Assembly: GCF_009914755.1 (NCBI RefSeq)
Contig: NC_060929.1
DNA length: 64,000 nt
Source of the DNA: the human T2T-CHM13v2.0 reference genome, Homo sapiens
Direction: 5' to 3' (one strand)
In this document: in pieces, positions 1 through 13,760 of the stretch
Layout: each line of letters opens with the position of its first letter
How positions within the stretch are numbered: position 1 is the first letter of the stretch
The notes under the pieces: generated by a model
Seen by the model: the letters and a program-made list of their open reading frames with translations, nothing else
Database searches by the model: none
What the model was told of the DNA's origin: nothing
Translations under genes and position numbers: made by a program

Positions 1-105
1 TCAGCTGAACCCCAGATGATCTGCAGATGCATAAGAGAGAAATAAGTGCTTGCTGTATGTCTCTGAGTTTATGTAGCATTATTATAGCAATAGCTAACAG
101 ATAAC
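1..105 (+). mobile_element. 3' end of an MLT1-type MaLR LTR
   Basis: Terminus aaataagtgcttg...tagcaatagctaacagataa resembles the MLT1 end. Confidence 0.6.
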
Positions 106-2067
106 TACATTATAGCTTCCACACTCCTTAATAAATGCTGCATATCTTAAATAGCAGAGAAAGTGACTGTTCCAGGGAAGTGGTAGAACAAAGTGAATCA
201 CTGGTGCATAGAAGGGGCTAGAGCTTTATTCTTTTGCTCTGCCCTAAAAACATTTTGTGGTGTCATGTACTGAAACTTCTCCATCTTTGTTTGTATGTAG
301 GGAATATGTTATTAGAATGAAACTGTTTGGACATGGCACTATTTCCTTTGAGGCAGTAATTCCATAATTATTGTTTCTCTAAGAGTAAGGCCAAGCTGTT
401 GTTAATAGATAAAACAAGCACACGTTGTGCAAAATCAGATTGTATTGACTTTGGAAGAAAACAAATTCTTATTGGCTGTTTACTCTTAGGTAAGGTGGCC
501 TGATCTATCAATAGTGGGGAAACTAAAGTGGATCCCTCTATGCATGGGACAGAGCCTACCTTTCTCCACTTTGCAGCCAGCAAAGGAAAGCAGAGGACAA
601 GGGGTATCACTGGGCACCACTCTAGGAAACTTCATTCACTTTTGCCCTACAGGCTTGTCTCCCATGGGAAGGGTTGTATCCAAACAGATAGGGGCAAGAA
701 ACTGGAAGAAGCAGAGCATAGAGAGGGGCTACAAAAGAAGGGGGATGGAGCAGAGTCCTAGAGATGACCTGGAGACAGAGTCAGGGACCCTGTGTCAGAC
801 CGGGCAGTCAAAGCGCTGTGCGTCAGTGCGGCGCTGAAGGGGTGAGTAAAGACGAGAGTCCAGCTGGAGCTCCACTTACCAAGCCAGGTGTCAGGCTCAT
901 AGAGCAGTGGAGCACCATCTAGAAGGGGAGATTTCTTTATTTTTCTAATTCTCACAGAGGCACACCATGAACTAACAGCTGCTCTGGGCAAGAACAAAGC
1001 ACCGTATGTGTGGGACATCCTCAGAAGGTCCAAACTCTGGCTTTGTTCTCCTACCCCCAACCTTGCATGGGGCAAGGAACAACATTAGTTCAATAAAACC
1101 TTGTCTTTGGGCTCATCTACTGTGTCTGCCTTAGGATACCTTCAGTCCAACATCCTGCTGAGTTCAGAGTGGGTGCATTCTGGGTGGTGGTTCTTCCAAA
1201 GAGGAAGCACCTGTTTCCTGATCACCTGGCAGCAGCGTCCAGCCCTTTCCCTTTGGACTGCTAGAAGGAGTCCATTACAGACCAGAGACAATTTCCCAAG
1301 CTCGAGGGACCATAAAGTGTATTTCTTTGCTGGCTCTGGATCCCCCTTAGGTAATGAGGGACATCCCCCTGTCAGACCGAAAGAAGGAGGGTCCTGACAC
1401 ACTCAGGTTACAAGTCTATTCTATTTCAAAAGTAAAAATTGTTAATTTTTGATTTTGTTTAGAGAACACCCATCTCTGGGTTTCCTAGTTTTATTTCTTT
1501 CCTCTATTTGTGTTACATTTGGAGAGAGATCCAAATTTTGTGGGGCCCAACGCTTACACAGCTTGAGGGTCTGCTTGATGAAAAACATAGAAAATAACAA
1601 TACGACATTAGGTATAGAATTGAATCTTTATAAACTTTGAGGCTGGAAAGGGGCGGGTGCAAGTACGGGCCTTGAAGCTTGAGCCTTATCAGCCTCCTGG
1701 TATGTCTGTGTCTAACCACATTTGATTCCATTTCTCTCCCCTTTGTGTAGGAGGGTGATAGCCAGGAGCCAGAGCCTTGCTCTGAGGGGAGAGGGAGGAA
1801 CCCTTCTCCTGGGCTCTCCAGTTTGTTCTCTACTGTGCAGTTGGGGCAGAGTGTCCTGCGGATGGAGCAGGCAGCTCTGCTCTTCAGCATCACCTTGGGG
1901 AGGGTGACTGGGGAAGGCTTGGCCAGGCTGCTTGGCAGAGTCATCCTCTTGACCATGAGATGAGTGAGATACTCATGCAGAGGCCTTGGCACATGTCAAA
2001 TGTTTCCCTCAGCCCTTTGATTGACCCCTCAGTGGAGTGTATTGGTAAAAACTACAGGGAGACTCTG

Positions 2068-2488
2068 TGTATTAGTCCATCCCTGCACTGCTGTAAAGAA
2101 ATGCCTGAGACTGGGTAATTTATAAAGAGGTTTAAATTGGCTCATGGTTCTGCAGGCTGTACAAGAAGCATGATGCTGGCATCTGCTTGGTTTCTGGGGA
2201 GGCCTCAGGAAACTTTCAATCATGGTGGAAGGTGAGGGGGAAGTAGGCACATCTTAAATGGCTAGAGCAGAAGGAGGGAAGGGGGTGGTGGGGGAAGTGG
2301 CACACACTTTCAAACAACCAGATCTCATGAGAACTCCCTATTGCAACGACAGCACCAAGATGGGATTGTGTTAAACCATGAGAAACCTTCCCCATGATCC
2401 AATCACCTCCCACCAGGCCCCACCTCCAGCACTGAGGATTACATTTCAACATGAGATTTGGGTGGGGACACAGATCCAAACCATATCA
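2068..2488 (-). mobile_element. MSTA-like MaLR solo LTR
   Basis: TG...CA termini (tgtattagtcc / ccatatca), MST body, 5-bp TSD ctctg/cgctg. Confidence 0.9.
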
Positions 2489-4928
2489 CGCTGAGATCTG
2501 CCAGAAGTGTCTACTGGTGTTTTTTGTTTTCTCAGAGAGCACTTGAAACCTCCCCAAAGGCCATTTTGTCTAAAATAGTCTCTCCCAAGGCTTCCTTTTC
2601 TTAAGATGGGCCACACTTTACCATCCTTTCAGGTTAAGAAATGGTAGTAGTTTTTTTTTGTTGTTGTTGTTTTGTTTTTTTGTTCTGTTTTGTGCTGCTA
2701 ACAAATATAAGGGAAAATAAGAAGGGAAGGTACTTCATTGGATGGTTGTTCGGGCCTTCGAAAGGTCAAAAAAGGAAGCGGGCCAGGTGTGCAAAGCTAT
2801 ATGCCCAGAATTAGTGCACAGCTTTTTCCAGAAGCCTCATTTTATATAAATTGGTTATCTTTTTGCCACTCTCCCAAGAAGGCCCTGATTGGCCTGGCTG
2901 CGGTCTAGTGTCCCAGGGTTTGTGACAGACCAGGGCAACCCAACGGATAGTCCCATCAAGGTGGCATAAAATGGTGGAGCCAGGGTTCTGCCAAGGGAAT
3001 ATGAGGGCTTACAAAGCATGAGGAAGAGGCACAGGGGGCACACACTACATGCATACTCTAGGAGCAGAAGCATCTTCTTGTGCAGTCCACCATCAGGGAT
3101 GACTTTCTTGCAACAGCACCACCTCATCATTAGCTTAATTAACAGATCACAGGAAGTGAGGAGATGGGACTCAGGGCAGTTTGCTGGAAGGGTGGACATC
3201 GGGAAGAGTCTGGAACATGGGAAGTGGGTGGTAAGAGGCAAATCTGGGTGGAGGATCCAAGAGGAGGAGAAGAATCTTAACCGCAGAGAGTATAAAGAGT
3301 ATGAGAAGTTGGTACCAAGTGAGATGGGGAGGTTACAGGGAGGATAATGGGCCCCAATCACAAAATGTGCTGAGTTCCTCAGTTTATCTAGGGAGAGCTC
3401 TCACTTTCATCCTGGGATTTTCCCTATTAACAAAGCATTATTGTTTTAAGGTAGTCATTTTCTTAACTTCATCCAGCCATCCCAGTCCAAATGGGGTCAG
3501 AGAATAAAGGAGCCAAGGCCCAAGGAGAAAGCAATTTTATCTTTATCAGCTGAGTTTAGAGCTCCGAAGACTATCTCTCCAAGGGATTCTGGGAGATCTG
3601 AGGTGTTGCATGGCCAGAGGCAAAGCTGGCCTGAGAGATATTTGTAGAGAAGTCATAAAAGCCATGAGACACTATGAAAGATTGGTTCTCAGGAAGAGCA
3701 GAGGGAAAATCAATCTTGTCTGGCTTTTAAAAATGCAAACAAATGTATGATATCATGCAGCCCTGTGGGAGGACTTACTATATCAAGCTGTGGGTCACAA
3801 TTAATGCTCAGGATCTGCACACAGAGGTCTTGATAGTCATAAAATGAAAGTGTCATGGCTGGATTGCAGCCTGCTCCTACTTCAGGGTTTCTGGCATCAT
3901 AAATCACTTGTATGTTCAAACTTTGGAAATATTTCCTTTCTTACTAGATCCTTTAGGCTTAGAACACATATAATGAGCAAACTTTCACAATGGCAGGTCC
4001 AGTGAAGGACCATAAGCTTGGTCTGGGAGGCTGCTGAGGCTGGTCCTTGAGGAGAGGGATATTTGGTTATTGTCAGAAACTGAGCAGGGGTCAGTGGCAC
4101 CATCTTTCTTCCTGCACAGAGCTGGAAGAGCAGAGCTGCAGCTTCTTGCCCCCTCCTTTCCTCCCTATACTCCTCCCTAGATTTAGAATAGGTATATTTC
4201 TTGTCTACACTGGAACCCACTGTCCTGCAGCCACTGTCCTTGGTCCTCAATCCATCCTGGGCTCCTGTCCCTCACTCGACTGTGCTGCCCTTGGCTTTTT
4301 ATTCCACTAGAAAACCACTTTGATCATTTGCACTAATAGGAGCTGGCTACTTTATGTTCTTTTAACTACAGAGAAAAGCAGAAAGTACCTGTGTGTCCTT
4401 CACCATGGAATGTATTTTTAGATGACTCACAAATGTGTCTTTTCTTTTTTCCTTCCAAAACTCCTAGATTTATTCTTGGAAGCAGCCCCCTGCTGCTGAC
4501 TTTACTTCTCTTCTTGGCTGTGTCTAAGGAGGAGCGCTGAGCCAAAGTCCCTCGTTATCTGTTTTATTATGAGAAAGGACATAGAGTTCTGCTTTGCAAA
4601 AGAACACTGAGCTTGTATGAAATGCCCTTGTTTCAGCGCTGGGTTGCTCCAGGTGAGATGTGTTGACCAATTCTAGCCTCTTCATGAGCCTGATGGGTAT
4701 AAATTTGAGGATCTTAAGCAAATGCACAAAACCCAGGATCTGAATTCAGCACTCCCCACTTAAAAACCTCTGATGGTTCCCACACCAAAGGCCAGATTCT
4801 TTAGCCTTACATAAAAGGTTCTTCACAATTTAATGGCAGCCAAGTTTTCATGTCTCCACTTGTTTCACCATGACCATGCACTCTGTGCTTCATGCACACC
4901 ACCTCATTCCTTTTCCCTAAAACTGACA

Positions 4929-5241
4929 GACCGGCAGGGGTGGCTCATGCCTGTAATCCCAGCAGCACTTTGGGAGGCCAGGGCAGGTGGATCACGAAGT
5001 CAGGAGATCCAGACCATCCTGGCCAACACGGTGAAACTCCGTCTCTACTAAAAGTACAAAAAATTAGCCAGGCATGGTGGTGGGTGCCTGTAATCTCAGC
5101 TGCTCATAAGGCTGAGGCAGGAAAAGTCGCTTGAACCTAGGAGACGGAGGTTGCAGTGAGCCAAGATCGCACCACTGCACTCCAGCCTGGTGACAGAGTG
5201 AGACTCCGTCAAAAACAAAACAAAAAACAAACAAACAAAAA
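4929..5241 (+). mobile_element. Alu (AluS, Sc-like)
   Basis: Both arms, A-rich linker, (AAAC)n tail. Confidence 0.95.
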
Positions 5242-5419
5242 CCTGGCTACCCAGTTATGTGCTTTCTTTGCTTGTGGGAGGTGCGGAGTGCCCATCTTCC
5301 TCCACCCTGGTCTCCTATGTATTGGTATCCCTCCCAAGTAAAGTTCCTGCCTCCCTTCTGTACTCCAATGCCCAGTGTTCATCTCTGTGCTGGGATCTTA
5401 TCAAGGTCCATTTCAATTA

Positions 5420-5557
5420 TTTGTTCACATCTGTCTTCCTCACTTGACTTATGAGTTCCCTGAAGGAGGGCATTAGGTTCTTATTCTCACTTTTAAATCT
5501 TTAGCCCCAAGTCTGGCTGGAGCCAGTGCCCAGTAAATATTTGATGAGTAAAATAAA
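5420..5557 (+). mobile_element. L2 3' end fragment
   Basis: tgagttccctgaagg...cagtaaatatttgatgagtaaa. Confidence 0.55.
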
Positions 5558-6611
5558 CAGTTCTACAAGGGCAACGTTCCCTTGGACAACAGAAAATTAG
5601 CAATTTTGTAATGGGCACAGGTCCCTTCAGAGGCTGGATGTTCAGGGATATTCTCTTCTCTTTGCCTGGCTCTCTGCTGGCAAAAGGGGCCAGAGTTCTT
5701 CATAGGCTGTTAATGCCTCTCTTGACGATCTGCTTCCTGTTGCTAGCTAAAGACAACTACATGCCATTTTGTTTGCTTTCTTCCTTTCTTTTCTTCTTGG
5801 ACAGAAGGTTCAGAGCTAAGCCAATGCTTTCTAGTATTATTATTCTACAGACTCCCTCCCGCTATTGCCTCTTCTTCTTGGCTGTTGCCTTCTGACAGTT
5901 TCAGAGCTTGTATGGTTCTTTACTACCTGTACTTTGAATTGAAAGCTATGTCACATCCTTTGGAAGCAGGTGGGGTATAAATAATAAATGAGAGATGAAC
6001 ATATGATACGGTGCACTTATGAAGCTTCACTGCCTGCCAAAGCAAGAAGTTTCCCACCCTGCGTGTAAAGGTGTGCTCCTGGTCCCCTGAGATGCACACC
6101 TGGGTTCTGGGTCACACTCAGGAGGCTTCTCCAGAGGGTCTCTCACAAATTTGGGGGATGCGGTTCTGTGTATTCACTGATTCATCTTGAATGTGGATGG
6201 ACCACCCTGATTTGCCTGCCAGCTCCTTTGAGACCATTAGGTAGGGGATTATGAAAAGATAAGGTGATCACAAAGATGTTAAGACTCACAGTGACCACCT
6301 TATATACCATCTCTGGACACACACAATTTTACAATTTCAAGAGGATCAGGGACTGCAGTTTAAAAACCTATTCTTTACAAGATAGCTTAACCAGGACGTC
6401 ATGCGGATGAATAAATATGCAATAAGTGCGAAGGACATGTTTTAACAGAAGAGTAGTGTGGCAGCTTTGTTTTACCTGCTTTAAAACTTTTTATAATTTA
6501 AAAAAGCATAGTACTGGCACAAACACACAAATTAATCAATGGAATAGAATAAGGAAACAGATCCTTATTTTTGTAGATTTGCAAACAATATATGATACAG
6601 GTGATGATAAT

Positions 6612-7450
6612 CCTTAGGGTTCAATCAGAGAAGCAGAACCACTGTCAATACTATAGAGTGGTAGTTCTTAATGGGAATAATTTTGCCCCCCAGCGGACAT
6701 TTGAAAATGTGTGCAGACATTTTTGTAGTAACAACTAGGTAGAAAAGTGCTAATAGCATTTAGTGGGTAGAGGCCAGAGATGCTGCTAGACATCCTACAA
6801 TGCATAGGACAACCTCCACAACAAAGAATTATCCAACCCAAAATGTCAATAGTGATGAGGCTGAGAAGCTCTGATATAAAGGATTTATTAGCAGACTTTG
6901 ACCTCATGCAATGGTGGGAGCCCATGGGGAAGTCTATGCAAGGCTGTAGCTGTGTTCTTAGAGCCTGAGCCACCATAGAGGAGTCTGACTAGCAGTTAGG
7001 AAGGAAAGTTGGACACGGAGGGGAGGAGAGAAAGGACAAACTGGCAAAGCAGTAAGGACAAACTGGAATCCATGAGGACAAACTAGAACCTGCTTTTGTC
7101 TGTCACCACCTCCAATCTTGATACTGTAAGTGACTTGTAGGAGAAGCTGGTTCCCTGAGCTACGGAGCTGTACAGGCATACCTGGTCTAGGAGTCAGAGA
7201 AGCTGAAGAAGGAGATTTGGTGAGAGCTGAAGAAGCTGCAGGTCTGAATGCTGTCCTAAGCTAACATATGCAAGAGCTGGCAACAGCACCTTGAGCCCTA
7301 CAATGACCTTCAAAACACAATGGCTACTGTGTCATTGCCACCTTCTAGGTTTCTCCTGTAGGCATACCTAACCTGGAGCCACACAGTGAAAGGAATTCTG
7401 GAAAACAGAGTTTTAGCTTAGCTAAGTTGACAGAATTCAAAGTCACCATA
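6612..7450. mobile_element. Old ERVL-type (MLT2-like) LTR interrupted by MER20
   Basis: tagggttcaatcagagaagcagaacc resumes after MER20 as aaggatttatt...ctcatgcaatggtgggag. Confidence 0.5.
6659..6873. mobile_element. MER20 hAT-Charlie DNA transposon
   Basis: gtagaggccagagatgctgcta...cctacaatgcatagg core; degenerate 8-bp TSD ctatagag/atataaag. Confidence 0.9.
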
Positions 7451-7479
7451 CTGGTATTAGAAGACAGTGGGGAAGTATA

Positions 7480-7611
7480 CCTTACTCAATAAACTGAGTA
7501 AGAACCCCTTGTATTTGTTTGGAAGACAAGAAGATGGAAGCCTTGCCTTATGCACATACAAAAATAAACTTAACAAAATGGAGAAAGTTGATGAAGAAAA
7601 GAGAAAACATT
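7480..7611 (+). repeat. 132-bp dispersed direct repeat, copy 1
   Basis: Ungapped alignment to 10178-10309 with 13 mismatches (hand count). Confidence 0.95.
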
Positions 7612-7679
7612 CTCTCTTTGTTTTTCTAAGCAAATGCAAATTTGCTTAATTTTACTAATGTTCAGAAACGTGGAAAGTA

Positions 7680-7990
7680 AAACAACAATGAACCTTCTTA
7701 CCCACAAGATTGGCCACACTTAAAAAGGTGGAGTCACCTCAGTCAGGGTATGAGGAGAATGGTAATATCATTTGTTATTTGTATGATTGTGAATTATAGG
7801 AGCATTTTTGAGTGAATTCCAGAAATAATTATTAATATTGAAATACACATACCCTTTGGCATAGCAATCCAACTTCTGGCAATCTAGTAAATAAAAATAA
7901 TGTCAATTTTAAAAGGTATACATTCAAAGTTATTATGTATTATAGACTCATTGACATGGGATCAACTAAATACATGATGCTACGTTCTTA
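7680..7990 (+). mobile_element. Old L1 (L1ME-like) fragment
   Basis: cacataccctttg...agcaatccaacttctgg motif. Confidence 0.55.
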
Positions 7991-9269
7991 AGATTTTTGT
8001 AATATGAAGTATAATACTATTATTAACTTGACTGTCTGGCTAATGCACATTATAGGATTCACCATATATGGTTAGTGGGAATATACATAGATACCATGAG
8101 AGCAAAAGACCAAGTAAGTGAGGGTCCACGTCAGTGTCAGTGGTTATACTGTGTGTGTGTGTTGTGGGGCTGAGGAGGATGCTGTCCAGGGACAAACATG
8201 ATATGTAGATATTGATTATATAATGTGTGCTGACTTCAGAGACCTTAACATCCAATGAAATGTGTCCATTTTGGGTTTGAAGAATTTGGGTGCTTGCACA
8301 TTCTTCCAGGACCATATCTATTGGGACTTTATTTATATAGGCTCTTCCTGTCTTATGGAACAAACCCCTCTATGCCACTCTGCCCCCAAACTCAACCATC
8401 AACCCCACTCCTGTAGCCAATTCCTACTCATCCTTTAAGACAGTGTGGGGTCCACCTTCAGTCTCACAGAGGGGAGGGGTCCCTCCTGTGGCTCCTCAAT
8501 TAGTGTCCTGGAGCCTGATCAGAGCACATGGCTCACTGCATCGCATTAGTCTCTCCACCTGTGTACTTTTTCAGCCCCTAGAACAGCACAGAAAATATGA
8601 TGTGCAAAGAATGTTTCCTGACTACATGAATCAATTTCAGACTTTCTCACAGACATTTGGGGAAAATACGTTTGTTTTGTGTGTGTGTGTGTGTGTATGT
8701 GTGTGGCCACAAGAATTATGCCACAGTTCTTGTCAACCAAACACCAAAAATCACCAGAGTGAGGCTTACCCAAGGGGAGAGATGCTAATGATTAAAACTC
8801 CATTCCCTACCCACTGCACTCAAGACCCCACATCCCCTCAGCTGTGAATACATTTCACATATTGAGATTTTTTTCCTCCTCATCTGACAGCTAGTGCTCT
8901 GATATTCTGGGGAAAAAATATATATGTATTTTTATTTTACCATTAAAGAATAAAGATATATTGAGCACCTACTGAGTCACATTAGCCATGCAGTATGCCA
9001 TGTTTGTTTAAACACATGCAGGTCCCAGAGGCTGCTTACAGCACTGTCACTCAGCCTAATGGTTTTACACGCAGAGCCTGGATGCTAGAGCAAGCTCAGT
9101 AAATTTGTGTTTACAGCCAGCACAGCCCTTCAGAAAAGCTAGGAAAAATCCATTGCTACCTGCGTGTGCTTCACAGGAAAGGGTCCTTGTCTTCTGATCC
9201 CTCTGATACCCTCTGTATGCCCAGGTAACACAAGGAAAATGGCTTATGGAGACCCAGTATGGGCTGGAC

Positions 9270-9430
9270 ACTTTTCTTAAATTGTCTAATTCAATTATCT
9301 CCCATAAACACCCTCTTATTTTTTTTACATGAGGAAATTGAGGCTCAGAAAGTTTAAGCAATTTCTCTAAGCTGCTCAACCTGTAAGTGGTAATTACTGA
9401 ACTCCAGAATCAGGCTGTGCTCACTCCTTC
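9270..9430 (-). mobile_element. MIR
   Basis: atgaggaaattgaggctcagaaagtttaagcaattt core. Confidence 0.75.
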
Positions 9431-9881
9431 TGTCCTTAGATGGCACTTGAGAAATTTTCCAGAGGGCAGATATTGCCTCTGTGTGCATGGAGGCTCCAGG
9501 GAGCACAGGTAAGCTATGGCCTGCTTGAGCAGCATGGCTACCAGGTCTCCTTGCACAAAGGCCACCACAGTTACAGATCCCAGACTCTGGGCTCCAATCC
9601 CAAGTCACAAGGCTGAGACACAGAGAAACTGGCCAATCTCTGCCGGGTGCTTGAACTGGAGAGTGATGTGCTTTGGAAGCTCAGGCTGCCTTTCTAGAGC
9701 AGCCACATTAGATCTGTGTGCAGAGACTCAGAGAGTGGTAGTTTTGGGGGCTGAACTAAGTCAGGACACTAGAGTCCAGGGTGCCACAGAAAGAGAAAGT
9801 GCCCTGCTTCTTGAATTTGTAATTCTAGGTTTCAGGCCCTCATAAGAACCAGTGAATTCTTGCATCAGGTTCTTTGAGATA

Positions 9882-10179
9882 TAGTCATTGCTCAGTATTT
9901 TCAGGGGATTCATTCCAGGACCCCCACAGATATCAAAATCCTCAGATTCTTAAGTCTCTGATATCAAATGGTATAGTATTTGCATGTAACCTATGCACAT
10001 TCTCCTGCATAATCTAAATAATCTCTAGGTTACTTATGATACCTAATACAGTGTACATGCTATGTAAATAGTTGTTATACTGTATTATTTTAAATTTTGT
10101 GTTATTTTTAATTTTTAAAATATTTTCAATTAGTGATTGGTTGAATCCATGGATGCTGAACTTGTGGATATGGAGGGCC
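9882..10179. mobile_element. MER2 (Tigger-derived) DNA transposon, right TIR tip missing
   Basis: tagtc...cagtat...ttccaggacccc to gttgaatccatggatg...gatatggagggcc. Confidence 0.88.
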
Positions 10180-10309
10180 TTACTCAATAAACCAGATAAG
10201 AGCCCCTTGTATTGGTTTGGAAGACAAGAAGATGGAAGGCTTACCTTATGCACATATAAAAATAAACTTAAGAAAATAGAGAAAGTTGATGAAGAAAAGC
10301 AAAAACATT
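10178..10309 (+). repeat. 132-bp dispersed direct repeat, copy 2
   Basis: As above; abuts the truncated MER2 end. Confidence 0.95.
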
Positions 10310-13300
10310 TTTGCACCCTATATCCTCATAACAAATCCCGATTTTACCTAATTAAACTGGGCTGAATACGTTTCTATGATTTGTAATCAAATGAATCTTT
10401 ATGTATGTCATGCTAGTTTGGCCCCCAAGTTGTACTCTGTCCAGAAGGCCCAGTGACCTGTCCTCATGAGTCACCAATGTCTTCTGGCAGGTCTAGGCTG
10501 ACCTGGCTGAATAATGATGCCTATAGCCCCACTCGTTTGAGGCAGAAGGCTCATACAGTAGCTTCCACCTCCGGTCTCACCACCATGTGTGCCAATATGT
10601 GCTTCTCCCTCAAACTGCACTTAACTCCAGGCCTTACTGGATATAAGTATTTCTAGTGCCTTTATTTCCAGAGCTCCTTCCAACTGACAGCCTGGGCCTG
10701 GGCCTTGAAGGGCACTTCCAGTGGGTGTGGCTATGTTCAGGCATGAGCACCAATCATTGAGTACTTCCTTCTAAAGATCCTGGGGAAAAAGGTGTTGATT
10801 GATCTGGCTTGGATCACCTGCCCACCACTTTGTTAGGAGAGTACCAGCAAGTTTAATTAATGGTCCCATCAAGATTGTAACAAGGAGAACATTAACTCTC
10901 CAAGGAAAGATAGGATGCTGTTGTCAAAAAAAGAAGCCAGGAGACATGACGTCCAAAGGCCCACGGTGCCTAGGAAACCAGCTCAGTTCCGTTCTGCCGC
11001 TGCCTGAGGATGTATGTGTTTCTTCATGTTCACTTGCCCCTTATGATACCAAGGCAAACGGGAAGGGTTGCCTTTTTCGTTCCCCACATATCCCACAGGG
11101 TGCTTTTAAAATTGGATTTTCTGTCTTCACATGAAGTCCTCATATTCATTTGAATCTAGTTCAACCTGCATTAAAAAAATGTGTCGGGTGGGGTTGCGAG
11201 GACCACCCCCCCGCCAAGGCCCTGCCGTGTCGTTCGGCATGAGCTTGGGTCCCATAAGGAGGGTCCGCCTTAAGGAGGACCCTTAAGGAGGACCCCCATA
11301 AGCCTGGGTCCACCTTAAGGAGGACCATGGTGTGTGCCAGTCTGCTTTTGCTGGTTTGGAATTTCCCATTTCCCTAGGCTACTCCTCACACAGTGTCCCA
11401 TCTAAAAAGGCAGTGATTCCATCTGTTTCGATGACCCTCAAGACTCCCACGCAAATTCTCTTCCTCAAAGATTCCAAATGAGAAACAATGGTATTGTTTT
11501 CAGCTTGAAGAGGTTTCCTCCCAGAATGTCATGTCTACCCAGACTCAGTGGTTGTGAAGAAAGTTGTGGGGCAAGCTAGCAGGGAGCCCCCCATCCACAC
11601 TGTCCCCTTAACTCACTGCCTTATCCTCAGGTGAGGCAGGACAGAAGCACCTGCAGAGTGAGGAGTTTTGTTTGAGGCCTCAGCTCCTTCCTCCCCTCAC
11701 CCACCCACAAAAAGGTTCCAAACTTCTTTAAACCAACATTTTGCTTTTCATCTTAAATTTTTGAATAAGTGAAACTGAAGCTTTGACGCCTTATTTATTT
11801 TAAAATCAAATTTAACTCCTTCCCACACAGCCCAGATGTTCCTTCACTTTTCCTATTTTGATTTTCTCTTGACACGAGTAATGAATGGTGGAAATCAAGG
11901 CCCATAGAGGTGTCACTGCAGACAGCCTTGTGCCCCTTAACATGTTGCTGACCTGCAGGTTCTCCCAACACTTCATCCTGAGCTTCTCTGCCACCTCCAG
12001 CCCCTGATGGTCTTGCATCTGAACTTGGGAAATGTGTTAGTTTGCTAATTCGGGCATGATTCTGTCAGCCTGCATATGCTGGCACATCAGAGACGGGTGA
12101 AGAGCCAAAGTATAAATAAAGCTAAAATAAACGGTATTTGAAGACCTTGAAACAGATTAATTTAGACATGGTTTGAAAAAGAGTGGGCTGGCTTCTTCCT
12201 CTTAATTTTTTTATTGGGATTTGGGGATTTTTTTTCATGGTAGAGCAAAATGTTCAAATTCTATTTCTTTAATTTCTTATTTCAAATTGTACCAAAGACT
12301 AATGAAGGTGCAACTTGGCTCACATTTTCCTTTGTGTAGGGTGGGCACTCAGTTAACAAGAGGACACTCAGGCTGCTGTGTACAAGAGAGTTTGTTCAAC
12401 TTTCTAGGTTTCCACTGTAAGGAGAGGAAGAAGCAGATATTAAACACTGTTTAAAAAAAATTAAATAAGTAAAGAGGAGCCCTGGTCCTTGAACTACCTC
12501 TAAGAGATATCGTATTACATTTTTTCAGTGTTTCCTAGGAAACCAGCTCAGGGTAAAAATGTATTCTTTGTCTTCTGCTCTTTGCAAAATTGTTTGAACC
12601 ATCATATCTCATAAAAGGTTGCTTCACAGGCAATTTGAACAGCATTAAAAAAAAGCTTAATCTGCAGTTTGCTGCACGAATGAAGGCGATACACCTTTAT
12701 CGGAGGTTGAATGCTTCAGATTATATTTGCTGAAAATGGATAAGACTGTGCCATTATTTCTGAAGCATCTGTGAAATCAAATCTTGTTGTCTTTTTCTCC
12801 TCCAAATCATGAGTCTTCTGCCCCTAACAAACCCAAGTTGCATTAAAAAAAACTCCTAAAATAGTTTTAGAAGATTCTTATCAGCACTTACACAGCAGAG
12901 CATTAATGAAGAGAGAAATAAACACCTCTCCGTCTCGTGCTGTCTCTCTCTCTCTCTCAGACTTGTACTCAGCCAAGATCTCTATGCATCTGCTTAGTCT
13001 CCAGAGCTGATGTGCTTGTGTGTCCCTAGTGCCATCATCCAGGTCAGAATTCCTTGATGCCCACTCTGCTTTCTTGGGCTACCTCTGATTTATATTCCAC
13101 TATCTTTGTGTGTTCAGTTGTTATTGTGGTTTTGCAAATGACTGAGGTACTTGACTGTGTGCTAGGGTGGGGTTCTAGTAAGGGTCAAGGGTTTAGGGTA
13201 TTAAAAGTTTAATGTTTTGTTTTAAACACTTCAAATGTCATCTACTAACTATATCTTATATGTTAAAGCTCTTTGGAAAACAGAACGAGCATCTCTGCAG

Positions 13301-13514
13301 TATTGATGTGGTTGTGCACATATGGAATATCTGTGGGATTGGCTGCACGTTGTTATTGTGTATTGTTGGAAGAATGTTGCTAAGCGATTAGTCTGACTCT
13401 CTTGTGTTATTAATCACATAGGCTCCTGCAGTGTTGCCTGTCTCTTGGTTTCTGATAGGCACTCTTTGTCACGTTAAAAGGATACCCTGTCCCACTTCAC
13501 CTAATAAGACAAAA

Positions 13515-13760
13515 TGATTAAAAGCACTGGCTATGGGGTCACCCAAATATATACCATGGGCCCACCAATTACTAACTCGGTGAGTACAGCAAAGTTCTTT
13601 AATTTCTCTGGCCTTCAGTTGCCTTATCTGCCAAAGGAAGTAACAAAAGGTACTTACCTAATAGTATTCTTGTGAGGATTAAATGACCTAATGTCCAGAG
13701 AACACGTAGCCCGGTTTCTGCAGGACACCTGGTGAGTGTGTAATTTATGCTACAACTATT
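13515..13760 (+). mobile_element. MIR
   Basis: ttaatttctctggccttcagtt...ttgtgaggattaaatga. Confidence 0.75.

Noticed and set aside
1513-3361. 159-aa and 168-aa ORFs in intergenic DNA
   Set aside because: No recognisable domain or exon structure; lengths compatible with chance
11247-11326. CRISPR-like appearance of palindromic repeats
   Set aside because: Eukaryotic DNA, no regular unique spacers, no cas genes
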